Positions 8,038-18,535 are shown, counted from the stretch's first letter. The stretch: 64,000 nt of DNA from an uncultured archaeon (GCA_964525635.1 CAZGJX010000001.1:40807-104806); one strand, 5' to 3'. The notes: a model not told the origin generated them from the letters alone. A program made the numbers and translations.

Positions 8038-10830
8038 TTATTTTATAACTATACTTGGTCTTCCAGGTAGAGCCTGATTAGCTTTATTTTCCTTTGTTTC
8101 CTTCTCAAATAAAATTTCCACTTGACAATCATATTTTTTTCGAATAATAAATTTAATATCTTCAAAGAAATTAAATTCTTCATCTTGAGATAAAGAAAAC
8201 TTCGAGAATTTTCCTATATTTTTCAATATTTTATTTACAGTTTGACTAATGAATTTCCCATGTGGTTTCAGATTAGAATCTTTCATAATTTGAGTCATTA
8301 TTTCTCCCTGATTTATTGTTTTCTGCATTAGTTTAAATAATTGAGAGTAAAATGTATATTTCCATTTATCAGCAATTATGATCAATATTTTTTCTAAAGA
8401 ATCTTTTTTTACAACATGTTTAATATTATTAATATCATCTAAAGTACTATCCAATAAATTCCATTTAAATTCGTTTTCTTCTGTTAGAACATGCTCGTTA
8501 CATTCTATCCAAGGGGCTATACTCAAATAATCTTTATTCCCCATAATTTCCCAAACTTCTTCTGTCATATGAGGAGCAATTGGATGTAATAAAATAAGTA
8601 GTGTTTTAATACACTGATTATATACATCTTCAAAAATTCCTTCATTTTTATATTTAATAATTTCTGAAGTAAATTCAATGATATTATTAACAGCATCTCT
8701 AATAGCTAATTTATTCATTTGTTCTAAAGTTTCCTTAATGATTTTATTCATATAATAATTCATTAAAAGATCTCTAACATTTTTATTATTTCTTTTCATT
8801 TTTGGAGGATTTGCTAAGAGAGAGAAAGTATTTCGTATAAATTTTGATGCAAAACCAATTCCCTCTTCAGAGAATTCCAATCCAGACTCTGGACTAGCAC
8901 CAAATAATACAAAAAACCTAGCAGAATCAGCCCCGTACTTGTTTATAATTTCATCTGGATTTACAGTGTTACCATAGCTTTTACTCATCTTTACACTTCT
9001 TATGATATATTTTGTCCCACAAAATTTACATGTTTCATCATCCATTTCTGATTTCATTGCAAATCTATTACAATTTAAACAATAAGGATGGGATTTATTA
9101 ATCATTCCTTGTGTTAACAATCTTTGAAATGGTTCATCAAACTTATGTAATCCCAAGTCTCGAGAAACTTTTGTAAAGAATCTTGCATATATTAAATGCA
9201 TTACAGCATGTTCGACGCCACCAATATATTGATCCACATTTCCCCAATAATTTACGATATCTTTTCTATATGGAATATCTAAATTATGATAAGGAGGATC
9301 ACAAAAAGCAAAGAAATACCAAGAACTATCAATAAATGTATCCATTGTGTCAGTTTCACGTTTAGCTGGCTTTCCACATTTGGGACAGTTGGTATTTATA
9401 AATTTTTCACTAGTTTTTAATGGATTTCCTGATCCCGTAAAAATCACATCTTTTGGTAATAATACGGGTAATTCTTCAAAAGTCACAGGTACAGTACCAC
9501 ATTTTTCACAATAAATAATAGGGATGGGACATCCCCAATAACGTTGACGAGATATCCCCCAGTCTCTTAATTTATAATTGATCGTAGGATATCCTTTTCC
9601 TATTTTTTCTAATTTCTCGGTAATTGCTTTAATAGCATTACGATTTTCTAAACCATTGAATTCAACAGAATTTACAAGCACTCCATCACCTTCAAAAGCT
9701 CTATTCATTTTTTCAGCATTTATTTCATATTCATGAGGTTGGATTACAACTTTTATTGGAATATCATATTCTTTAGCAAATTCAAAGTCACGTTGATCGT
9801 GTGCAGGAACAGCCATTACTGCTCCAGCACCATATTCGTAAACTATAAAATTACCAATATATACAGGAATTTTTTCATTGGTCATAGGATTTATACAGTA
9901 TTTTCCAATAAACATCCCTTTTTTCTCTACTTCAATATCTGTTCTTTTAAACTTGTCTTCTTTCATAATTTCATTATATAATTTTTCAAATGGTTTTTCA
10001 TACTCAGTACCTTTTATCCATTCATGAATCCATGGATGTTCTGGAGCAAAAATCATAAATGTGACTCCAAAGAGAGTATCTGGACGTGTTGTAAAAATAT
10101 CAATTGTTTTATCCATTCCAATTATTGGAAATTTAATTATTGTTCCTACACTTCTTCCAATCCAATTTTTTTGCATTATTTTTACTTTTTCAGGCCAATC
10201 AACTGTTTCTAATCCATCTAATAATTCTTCAGCATAATCTCTTATTTTTAAGAACCATTGAGTGAGAAATTTTTGCTCAACTTCAGTATTACATCTCCAA
10301 CATTTTCCTCCTTGAGCTTGTTCATTAGCTAAAACAGTTTTACATTTTATACACCAATTTACATAACTCTTTTGTCTATAAGCAAGCCCTTTTTCATACA
10401 TTTTAAGAAAAAAATATTGATCAAATTTATAATAATTTGGATCATGACTATAGATTTCTCTTTTCCAATCATACGATAATCCTATTCTTTTTTGTTGTTC
10501 TTTCATGAAAGATATATTTGAATCAGTCCATTCTTCAGGTTTAATATTTTTATCGATTGCAGCATTTTCTGCTGGCATTCCAAAAGAATCATAGCCCATA
10601 GGATATAGTACATTAAACCCATTCATTCTTTTATATCTAGCATAACAATCACCAATTGTATAATTTCTTAAATGTCCCATGTGGAGTTTTCCAGAAGGAT
10701 ATGGATACATTTCAAGAATATAATATTTCTTTTTCTTTTTATCAACTTCAACTTCAAAAATTTTATCCTCTTCCCACTTTTTTTGCCATTTTTGTTCTAC
10801 TGTATGGGGATCATATTCAGAATCTATCAT
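8038..10830 (-). CDS. leuS: Leucyl-tRNA synthetase (archaeal/eukaryotic type)
   Basis: 930 aa with PYPSGKLHMGHLRNY (HIGH motif), KMSKSYGN (KMSKS motif), the CP1 editing insertion and Zn-binding Cys pairs. Confidence 0.95.
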   Translation of the reverse strand: MIDSEYDPHTVEQKWQKKWEEDKIFEVEVDKKKKKYYILEMYPYPSGKLHMGHLRNYTIGDCYARYKRMNGFNVLYPMGYDSFGMPAENAAIDKNIKPEEWTDSNISFMKEQQKRIGLSYDWKREIYSHDPNYYKFDQYFFLKMYEKGLAYRQKSYVNWCIKCKTVLANEQAQGGKCWRCNTEVEQKFLTQWFLKIRDYAEELLDGLETVDWPEKVKIMQKNWIGRSVGTIIKFPIIGMDKTIDIFTTRPDTLFGVTFMIFAPEHPWIHEWIKGTEYEKPFEKLYNEIMKEDKFKRTDIEVEKKGMFIGKYCINPMTNEKIPVYIGNFIVYEYGAGAVMAVPAHDQRDFEFAKEYDIPIKVVIQPHEYEINAEKMNRAFEGDGVLVNSVEFNGLENRNAIKAITEKLEKIGKGYPTINYKLRDWGISRQRYWGCPIPIIYCEKCGTVPVTFEELPVLLPKDVIFTGSGNPLKTSEKFINTNCPKCGKPAKRETDTMDTFIDSSWYFFAFCDPPYHNLDIPYRKDIVNYWGNVDQYIGGVEHAVMHLIYARFFTKVSRDLGLHKFDEPFQRLLTQGMINKSHPYCLNCNRFAMKSEMDDETCKFCGTKYIIRSVKMSKSYGNTVNPDEIINKYGADSARFFVLFGASPESGLEFSEEGIGFASKFIRNTFSLLANPPKMKRNNKNVRDLLMNYYMNKIIKETLEQMNKLAIRDAVNNIIEFTSEIIKYKNEGIFEDVYNQCIKTLLILLHPIAPHMTEEVWEIMGNKDYLSIAPWIECNEHVLTEENEFKWNLLDSTLDDINNIKHVVKKDSLEKILIIIADKWKYTFYSQLFKLMQKTINQGEIMTQIMKDSNLKPHGKFISQTVNKILKNIGKFSKFSLSQDEEFNFFEDIKFIIRKKYDCQVEILFEKETKENKANQALPGRPSIVIK

Positions 10831-11112
10831 TTGTTAAGAAAAATATGTTTATAATTTACCTAAATAGATAAAATATTTATTAAAAAAATATGGAGTGGAA
10901 TAAATTATTTTCGATATAGGAGTCTATCTGAAAGGATAAAGGAAATTACAAATAAGTATAATTCATAATTTATTTTTTTATAGCAATAATATATTAGAAT
11001 TATAAATTTTTTAAAACTTTCTTCAAATCTATAATAATGGAAATTTATATTGTTATTATATTAATTTAACACTCTCTTAATTTTTTTTAGATATATTCTA
11101 ATTTTTATAATT

Positions 11113-11586
11113 ATGTCGGAAGATTATGAAATCACACGATTTTTAACTTCTAAAAATAATAATAAAAAACCAAAAATAGATAATTATAATACTTTAAAAG
11201 AATATAACAATGAATTATATACAGGAATGAAAATAGGTGGTAAACATTATTGGAATTATGATAATGGAAAATGGATTGAAATTAAAAAATCCCCAAATAA
11301 ATGGAATTTTACGTTTAATTCCATTAAAACAAGAAATCATCTTGCTCCAATAAATACAGGTGCAAATGTTCACACAAAATACCATTGGTATATTATAGCA
11401 GAGCAATTCGCTGAGAAAATTAATGCTAATTCTTACATGACAACTATGAAAGGAGAGAAATTTAAAATAGGACATAAAAGACTATATTGGAGAACATTTA
11501 ATTATAGATATCCAGATCAAAAACCATATAAAGAGCGATTAATTGAAATTTTAGAAGGAATTTTATATAATTTAAAATCCGGATAA
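11113..11586 (+). CDS. Hypothetical protein
   Basis: 157-aa Trp/Tyr/Lys-rich ORF with no recognisable motif. Confidence 0.4.
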   Translation: MSEDYEITRFLTSKNNNKKPKIDNYNTLKEYNNELYTGMKIGGKHYWNYDNGKWIEIKKSPNKWNFTFNSIKTRNHLAPINTGANVHTKYHWYIIAEQFAEKINANSYMTTMKGEKFKIGHKRLYWRTFNYRYPDQKPYKERLIEILEGILYNLKSG

Positions 11587-12195
11587 AAATGGATAAAATA
11601 TGCAAATGGGTTCTTCAATAGTTCTAAAATGTAAATAAATTTGAATAATTTTAATATAATTTCTCCTATCTCTCTTATATTTTCTATATCTATGTTTTAA
11701 CTACAATTTCTTCATATCTACATACTAAAGTAGAAATTTTTCATTCTCTATTATAGTTTTAAAAAGAATTTTCTATTTCTTATAGATAAAATCATAATAT
11801 AGGTGTATTATAAGAGAGAATAAGAAAATGTAAACACACATCCAATAGAACATGTATAAAAAATAAAAGAGGATATCCCTCAATTGGGAAAAATTACTCC
11901 TATTTCAGGAGTAAAAGAGAAATTGGGAAGAAATTTCAATTCATAATTCATTGGTGCGATAAAAACAAAACAAAATCGATGTTTCTGGAGTATTCTAGAA
12001 GATAATGACTTTGAACTCTATCAGAATGTAGCGAGTCCCGTTCCCGCTAAAAGGTGATTGATGATAATAAGGTAGGGAGAGCTCTGTGAGTTCAATGAAC
12101 ACTTATTTGAGATGCAAGTTAAAGTGATAAAAGATATGAATTTATATCATTTTTATCTATTTGACAGAACGGAAAATTGGTTGATGAATAAATAA

Positions 12196-13284
12196 TTATA
12201 TTTTCCTTCTATCCCAAATTTTTTTTATCATTATTGCTTTTTTAAAGTATCCTTCAATAGTATCCACTGTATCACTAAAATCATGCATTTTTTTTGCTTT
12301 TTCACAAGCACTTTTAACTAATTTCTTTTTATAAATTAAATCATCTAAGATTTTTTTTATTCCTTGAATAAAATCATTTACATCATTCGCTTTATAAGCA
12401 GAAATATTATGTTCCAACCAATTAAATACTTCAATATCCCTTGCTATAACAGGTAATTTACATAAAGATGCTTCAATTAGGGGAAGGCATAGATTTTCTT
12501 CATCTGATGTATTTAACAAGATATCTGCACCGTAATAAGGTTCTCTAATGTCATCATAATATCCTGTAAAAAAAACATTATTTAATTTCGATGCTTTCTC
12601 TACTTCTGGATTATCACTTGTTGGTCCTACCCATATAAAATAATAGTTAGGGAGTTTTTCAGCTACTTGACGAAATGTATCAACTCGTTTTCTTTTCCAT
12701 GTTAATCCAACATTCAAAATAATAGTCGCATCTATTGGGATTTTGTATTTTTCATTAAGATATTGCCGGAATTTTATTCTATACTCCTTTTTCTCCGTGA
12801 ATTTTTCAATTATAATTCCACTACTAACTGACCATATTGGATATGTCCTTGATTTCTGTATTCCTTCAATGCACGTCTTTGCATAATCGCTTGGAGTCAT
12901 TAATAAATGAGCTTGGCTATATAAGAGTCTGACCCATAATTTTATAATTTTATTAATAATTGGAATATCTGGTAATAAATTTCCTTTCAAATCTTCATAT
13001 GTTGTATGAGCATGTTGAACAACAGCAATTGTTTTTTTAAATTGATTTTTAAACCTATATAATTGAAGAAAAGTAAGAGGATCAAAACTTGAGGAACAAA
13101 TTATATCCACATTACCTTCTTCGACCCATTTTGGCTTTTTTTGTCTATTGGGAATCCATAAATTATGACCCCTATTTTTTAGTTCTTGAATAATATCTTC
13201 AGTAGTTACCTCTATTCCTCCAATTGTATCTAGTTTCTTGAATTTTTTATAAATATGAAAGTTAACAATATAAATGATATTCAT
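12196..13284 (-). CDS. Glycosyltransferase family 4
   Basis: 362 aa, GT-B layout. The C-terminal half has ILNVGLTWKRKRVD...FIWVGP...FTGYY...ADILLNTSDEENLCLPLIEASLCKLPVIA, an EX7E-like region. Confidence 0.7.
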   Translation of the reverse strand: MNIIYIVNFHIYKKFKKLDTIGGIEVTTEDIIQELKNRGHNLWIPNRQKKPKWVEEGNVDIICSSSFDPLTFLQLYRFKNQFKKTIAVVQHAHTTYEDLKGNLLPDIPIINKIIKLWVRLLYSQAHLLMTPSDYAKTCIEGIQKSRTYPIWSVSSGIIIEKFTEKKEYRIKFRQYLNEKYKIPIDATIILNVGLTWKRKRVDTFRQVAEKLPNYYFIWVGPTSDNPEVEKASKLNNVFFTGYYDDIREPYYGADILLNTSDEENLCLPLIEASLCKLPVIARDIEVFNWLEHNISAYKANDVNDFIQGIKKILDDLIYKKKLVKSACEKAKKMHDFSDTVDTIEGYFKKAIMIKKIWDRRKI

Positions 13285-13344
13285 AATTTGATTTTATGAA
13301 TTGAATGAAAAAAACTTAACTTCACTCAGAAATTATCAAAAATA

Positions 13345-14349
13345 ATGGATGTTGATAAAATAAGAATTTCAATTGGGAGTGCAATTGCCCTTGGTTTAAT
13401 TAATTATAGAAAATGTGATGTTCTTCCAACAACATGTTATTTGATGACTTATTTCTCAGGGAAATGTTTATCAAATTGTAGTTTTTGTCCTCAAGCAAGA
13501 AATTCACAAGGTTCATTAGATAAACTTTCACGAGTTAGTTGGCCTGCTTTTGAATTTAATGATTTCATAACAAAATTAAAATATATGCACCCTTTAAAAA
13601 AATTTAAAAGGATCTGTATTCAAACCCTCAATTATCAAAATAATTTTAAAGATCTAACTGAAATAATAATAGAAATAAAGAAAGAAACAGACATTCCAAT
13701 ATCTGTTGCAATTCCTCCGATGAATAAAGAGGAATTAAGAGAATTAAGATTAATAGGCGTGCAACGAGTGGGTATTGCTCTTGATGGCGCTTCAAAAGAT
13801 ACTTTTGAGAAAATTAAAGGAAAAGGAGTTAATAGTTCTTATAAGTGGAATACCCATTATAATGCACTAATCGAAGCTACAACTATTTTTTCAAACAACT
13901 CAGTATCTACACATTTGATATATGGTTTAGGTGATACACAACAACAGATAATGAATTTGATCAATGAATTAAAAAATTATAATATATTAACAGCTTTATT
14001 TGCTTTTATGCCAATAAAAGGTACGAAACTTGAAGATTTAAATCAACCAAACTTATTAGATTTTAGAAAATTACAACTTGCAAGAGAGCTTATTATAAAT
14101 AGAGGTAAAGCTTTAAAAGATATTACTTTCAACAACAAGGGCGATATTATTAATTTCAATATTAATAAAAAAGAATTAATGGATATTATAGATGAAAATA
14201 ATGCGTTTATTACAACTGGATGCCCCAATTGTAATAGACCCTATTACACTTCAAGACCATCTGGTCCTATTTATAATTTTCCAAGAAAATTAAAGGAATT
14301 TGAGAAACAAGACATATATCAACAAATGAAAAATTTAGTCAAGTTCTAA
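13345..14349 (+). CDS. Radical SAM protein, candidate archaeal two-component lipoyl synthase subunit (LipS1/LipS2 type)
   Basis: 334 aa with the CX3CX2C motif (CLSNCSFCPQ). It lies directly upstream of an LplA-family gene and a second radical-SAM gene. Confidence 0.5.
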   Translation: MDVDKIRISIGSAIALGLINYRKCDVLPTTCYLMTYFSGKCLSNCSFCPQARNSQGSLDKLSRVSWPAFEFNDFITKLKYMHPLKKFKRICIQTLNYQNNFKDLTEIIIEIKKETDIPISVAIPPMNKEELRELRLIGVQRVGIALDGASKDTFEKIKGKGVNSSYKWNTHYNALIEATTIFSNNSVSTHLIYGLGDTQQQIMNLINELKNYNILTALFAFMPIKGTKLEDLNQPNLLDFRKLQLARELIINRGKALKDITFNNKGDIINFNINKKELMDIIDENNAFITTGCPNCNRPYYTSRPSGPIYNFPRKLKEFEKQDIYQQMKNLVKF

Positions 14350-14359
14350 AACCCGAATT

Positions 14360-15139
14360 ATGAATGATTGGAGATTTATTCCTTTAGAAATTAAAGATGG
14401 ATACTGGAATATGGCTTTAGATGAATCAATTTTAAAAGCAGTAATTCAAAAAAAAACTCCTTACACAATAAGATTTTATAAATGGAATCCTTCTACTGTA
14501 TCTATAGGGAGAAATCAAAGTCTAACTAATGAAGTGAATATCAAATTCTGTAAACATAATAATTTTAATATTGTAAGAAGGATAACAGGGGGAGGTGCTG
14601 TTTTTCATGATCAAAAAGGTGAGATTACATATTCTATAGTTTGTTCTCTGAAATTCTTGAAAGACCTGAATGCTATAAATGTGATGGATCAATATGAATT
14701 AATTACAGATTCTATAATATTTAGTTTGAGTCGACTTGGATTAAACGTTCATAAGGGAGTAATTAATTGTCCTGCGATATTTTTAGATGATAAAAAATTC
14801 TCAGGAAATGCTCAAATAAGAAGAAAAGGGTTTATTTTGCAACATGGAACAATATTATTAAAAATTAATGCTGATTTAATGTATTCTGCATTAAAAACTC
14901 CTCCAAACATATCTCAAAATAGAATGGTTCGATCTGTAAAAACAAAATGTATAGGAATTAAAGAAAGATTAGATGATTATAAAGAAGAAGATTTTATAAA
15001 TTCACTAAAAAAAGGCTTTGAGGAGACACTTAATATAAATACTATTAGAGGTCAATTTTCTAAATGGGAATTAAAATTAGCGGAAAAATTAGTAAATGAA
15101 AAATATATAAATAAAACTTGGTTAAGAAGATATGAATAA
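14360..15139 (+). CDS. Lipoate-protein ligase / octanoyltransferase family protein (LplA/LipM-like)
   Basis: 259 aa containing RRITGGGAVFHD and KFSGNAQIRRKG...QHGTILL, the core BPL_LplA_LipB motifs. Confidence 0.8.
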   Translation: MNDWRFIPLEIKDGYWNMALDESILKAVIQKKTPYTIRFYKWNPSTVSIGRNQSLTNEVNIKFCKHNNFNIVRRITGGGAVFHDQKGEITYSIVCSLKFLKDLNAINVMDQYELITDSIIFSLSRLGLNVHKGVINCPAIFLDDKKFSGNAQIRRKGFILQHGTILLKINADLMYSALKTPPNISQNRMVRSVKTKCIGIKERLDDYKEEDFINSLKKGFEETLNINTIRGQFSKWELKLAEKLVNEKYINKTWLRRYE

Positions 15140-16199
15140 AGTTAATACCTTGTTAAAGAAATTTCAAAATAATGCATGTTCATGGGAAGATTATTTAAAA
15201 TTTTTAGAATTAGATAATAATGAAGAACTTGAAGCTTTTTTTAAATTTGCTCAGGAATTAAAAAAAGTTCATTTTGGAGATATCCTTAAAATATATATTC
15301 CAAATAAAAGATTTCCTCCAATTAGTATAACAGGAAATAAATGTGAATTACATTGTGAGCATTGCAATGAAAAATATCTTAATGGCATGCATCATATCAT
15401 CAATAAAGTGGAATTGGAAAATTATTTAATACAACATTATAAAAATGGGGGTATTGGCGCATTAATTTCCGGAGGTTGTCTTTTAGATGGATCAGTTCCC
15501 TTATTGGGTTTTCTAGATGCGCTTAAAAATGTGAAAAATAAAACGGATTTAATATTAAACATACATACTGGGTTATTAAATAATGAAACAGCTAAACAAT
15601 TAGCAAATATAAACGCTGATATTATTTCCTTTGATATCAATATGGATACAGAAATAATTAAAGAAATATATCATTTAAACAAGGATATAAATGATTATAA
15701 AGAAGCTATTAGATTATTAAAAAAAAATAATCTTAATATAGTTCCCCATATATGTGTAGGATTATATTATGGTGAATTACATAAAGAATTGAATTCAATT
15801 AAATTTATAAAAGAATCTAAAATAAATCCATCTTTAATAGTGCTTATTGTTTTAATACCTCCAAAAGAATCTAAAAAACATTTTAAAACACCCAATCCAT
15901 ATGATATTGCGAAGGTTATTACTATTATTAGAACTGTGTTTCCCAAATCAGAAATTTCTTTAGGTTGTATGCGTCCAAGAGATAAAATCAGGAAGAGAAT
16001 AGAAAAATTTGCAATTAAAGCAGGTATAACAAGGATAGAATTACCTTTAAGACAAACATATGAATGGGTTATGAAAAAATTTTCAAGAATAAATATAGAG
16101 TTTTACTCTGCTTGTTGTGCTATTCCTCAAGAATATGAAAAAAAGGCAAAAATGTCTAAATCTGAAATAAAAAAATATCAAAGGAATGGAAATGAATAA
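15132..16199 (+). CDS. Radical SAM protein, second candidate lipoyl synthase subunit (LipS1/LipS2 type)
   Basis: 355 aa with the CX3CX2C motif (CELHCEHC). Its start overlaps the LplA-like gene's stop by 8 nt. Confidence 0.5.
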   Translation: MNKVNTLLKKFQNNACSWEDYLKFLELDNNEELEAFFKFAQELKKVHFGDILKIYIPNKRFPPISITGNKCELHCEHCNEKYLNGMHHIINKVELENYLIQHYKNGGIGALISGGCLLDGSVPLLGFLDALKNVKNKTDLILNIHTGLLNNETAKQLANINADIISFDINMDTEIIKEIYHLNKDINDYKEAIRLLKKNNLNIVPHICVGLYYGELHKELNSIKFIKESKINPSLIVLIVLIPPKESKKHFKTPNPYDIAKVITIIRTVFPKSEISLGCMRPRDKIRKRIEKFAIKAGITRIELPLRQTYEWVMKKFSRINIEFYSACCAIPQEYEKKAKMSKSEIKKYQRNGNE

Positions 16200-17592
16200 T
16201 AAAGTTGAGATAATTAAAATTCACGGAATTCCCCATATTAAAAAGGGAGATAATATTTCTCAAATTATTTTAGATAATTTAGAAAATAATAATATAGAAA
16301 TAGAGAATAAGGATATTTTAATAATTGCCCAGAAAATTATTTCAAAAAGTCTGGGTTTAGTAAAAGATTTAAGAAAAATAAAACCAAGAAAAGAAGCATT
16401 AAGAATATTTAATAAAATTAATTCAATAATAAGAGAACCCAATCTTCCAGTAAAAGATCCAGAATTAATAGAAATTATATTAGATGAATCCAATGAACTA
16501 ATAAAAATAAACCATGTATTAATAACTGAAACAAAACATGGATTTGTCTGTGCAAATGCAGGAATTGATAAATCTAATATTAAAGGTCAGAATAATGTTA
16601 CGTTGTTACCTGATGATCCTGATAAAGAAGCAAAAAAAATAAAAGAAATTATAAAAGAAAGAATAGGTAAAAATATTGCTGTTATTATTTCTGATTCTTT
16701 TGGAAGACCATTTAGAAATGGATCTGTTGGAGTTGCTTTAGGTGTTGCAGGTATTGAACCTTTATTAGATAAAAGAGGATGTAAAGATCTTTATGGAAAA
16801 ATTTTAAGGAGTACAATAATAGCTCAAATAGATAATTTATCTTCAGCCGCACAATTAATTATGGGTGAATCAAATGAAGGAATTCCTATTGCTCTTATTA
16901 GAGGATATAATTTTAAATTAAGTGATAATTCTTCAATAAAATCCATTTTAAGAGAAAAAAAAAAAGATCTTTTTAGACAAGAGAATGTTGAAAGAGTAAT
17001 AGAAGATTTATTGAAGAATAGAAGGAGTTACAAACTAAAATTTGCAAATAAAGATGTGAATGAAGATTTAATTATAAATTGCATTAATATAGCTAGATAT
17101 GCCCCTAGTGCTCATAATAAACAATTATGGAAATATATAATATTAGAAAAGCAAAATCGAAAAGAATTAATAGATAATATGAATCAAAAATTAAAAGATG
17201 ATTTAGAAAAAGATGATAAATCAGAAAAATTCATAAAAAATAAAATTAATAAAACGAGAAGTCATTTCCTAGAAGCTCCCTTTCTAATATTATTATCCTT
17301 AGATTGTTCTGAAATAGATGAATATTCAGATCTTAAAAGAAATAATAATGAATTTCTATTGGGGATTCAAGGTATAAGTGCTTCTGCAATTTATTTCCTT
17401 TTAGCTCTAGAATCAAAAGGATTAAATTCTTGTTGGTATTCTGCACCATTATTTGCTGAAGAAGTAGTTCAAAAAACTTTAAATTTACCCAAAAATTTTA
17501 AACCAATCGCATTTTTTACAATAGGTTATCCAAAAAAAAAAATTTTGGCTCAACCACGTAAAAAAATAGATGAAATAATTTATAAAATATGA
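16186..17592 (+). CDS. cofE: F420-0:gamma-glutamyl ligase (CofE) fused to a C-terminal nitroreductase-like domain (FbiB-type architecture)
   Basis: 468 aa. The N-terminal half has GFVCANAGIDKSN and ISDSFGRPFRNGSVGVALG (CofE). The C-terminal half has RRSYK...INIARYAPSAHNKQLWKY...LNSCWYS, an NADH-oxidase/nitroreductase fold. Confidence 0.75.
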   Translation: MEMNNKVEIIKIHGIPHIKKGDNISQIILDNLENNNIEIENKDILIIAQKIISKSLGLVKDLRKIKPRKEALRIFNKINSIIREPNLPVKDPELIEIILDESNELIKINHVLITETKHGFVCANAGIDKSNIKGQNNVTLLPDDPDKEAKKIKEIIKERIGKNIAVIISDSFGRPFRNGSVGVALGVAGIEPLLDKRGCKDLYGKILRSTIIAQIDNLSSAAQLIMGESNEGIPIALIRGYNFKLSDNSSIKSILREKKKDLFRQENVERVIEDLLKNRRSYKLKFANKDVNEDLIINCINIARYAPSAHNKQLWKYIILEKQNRKELIDNMNQKLKDDLEKDDKSEKFIKNKINKTRSHFLEAPFLILLSLDCSEIDEYSDLKRNNNEFLLGIQGISASAIYFLLALESKGLNSCWYSAPLFAEEVVQKTLNLPKNFKPIAFFTIGYPKKKILAQPRKKIDEIIYKI

Positions 17593-17602
17593 ATGATATA
17601 AA

Positions 17603-18529
17603 TTGGAAGATTATTACTTAATTTTAGCAGGTGGTGTGGGTGCAGCAAAATTCATTGAAGGATTAGCTAATATAATAGATCAAGCAAAAATAAAGATTGT
17701 AGTAAATACGGGGGATGATATTGAATTATTTGGTTTACAGATATCTCCTGATTTAGATATAATTACATATACATTGGCAAATTTAATTGATAAAAAAAAA
17801 GGCTGGGGATTTAAAGAAGATACATTTAATTGTTTGAAGAATTTAAGCAAATTTTATCAAGATGATTGGTTTAATCTTGGAGATAAAGATTTAGCAACTC
17901 ATATTTATCGAACAAATTTATTCAATAAAGGATATTCTAAAGCAAGAATTACAAAAAAAATTAGTCGAAAATTAGGGATTAAAGCAGATTTAATTCCTAT
18001 GTGCAATGAACCTGTTCAAACATATATAGAAACTACAGAAGGATTATTTCATTTTGAGGAATTTTATATAAAATATCAGTGTAAACCTAAAATTTTAGAC
18101 ATTAAACTTGAAGGAATTGAAAAAGCGAAACCAATCGATGGTATTTTTAAAATAATAAAGTTTGCTAAAAAGATAATAATAAGTCCTTCGAATCCTATTG
18201 TATCTATAGGTCCAATTCTAGCTGTACCTGGAATGAAAGAAGCTTTAATTAAGGAAAAAGATAAAATATATGGAATTAGCCCAATTATAAAAGGAGCACC
18301 AATTAAAGGTCCTGCTGATAAATTATTACAATTCTGTGATTTAGAAGTCTCATGTGTAGGAGTTGCAAATTTTTATAAAAATATAGTAAGACATTTTATT
18401 ATTGATAAAAGAGATGAAAAATTAAAATCAAAAATAGAAGAATTAGATATAAATACGTATTGTTATGACACCTTAATGATAAATTTAAGAAAAAAGAAAG
18501 ATTTAGCTTCTTTTATAATCGAGTTGTAA
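17603..18529 (+). CDS. cofD: 2-phospho-L-lactate (or EPPG) transferase CofD/FbiA
   Basis: 308 aa, TTG start. Contains LAGGVGAAKF, NTGDD, GDKDLATHIYR and ISPSNPIVSIGPIL. Confidence 0.85.
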   Translation: MEDYYLILAGGVGAAKFIEGLANIIDQAKIKIVVNTGDDIELFGLQISPDLDIITYTLANLIDKKKGWGFKEDTFNCLKNLSKFYQDDWFNLGDKDLATHIYRTNLFNKGYSKARITKKISRKLGIKADLIPMCNEPVQTYIETTEGLFHFEEFYIKYQCKPKILDIKLEGIEKAKPIDGIFKIIKFAKKIIISPSNPIVSIGPILAVPGMKEALIKEKDKIYGISPIIKGAPIKGPADKLLQFCDLEVSCVGVANFYKNIVRHFIIDKRDEKLKSKIEELDINTYCYDTLMINLRKKKDLASFIIEL

Positions 18530-18535
18530 TAAAAA

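Noticed and set aside
9733-10871. Four short plus-strand ORFs (9733..9981, 10024..10212, 10656..10871, 10672..10854) within or at the 5' edge of leuS
   Set aside because: All are antisense to LeuRS, 60-82 aa, hydrophobic/aromatic low-complexity products. The same reasoning applies to 6066..6263, 7130..7330, 11215..11475, 14043..14228, 15437..15640, 16260..16493, 18891..19082, 20517..20747, 24602..24826, 25704..25979, 27316..27525, 29038..29238, 41729..41917, 45221..45487, 46151..46381, 47688..47954, 48790..48975, 49429..49614, 53069..53281, 54444..54689, 55545..55751, 59421..59621 and 59622..59849.
12050-12125. C/D box sRNA (UGAUGA at about 12059..12066)
   Set aside because: I found no canonical CUGA D box at the right distance, no terminal stem and no clear C'/D' pair. 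The region is kept only as a generic ncRNA candidate.
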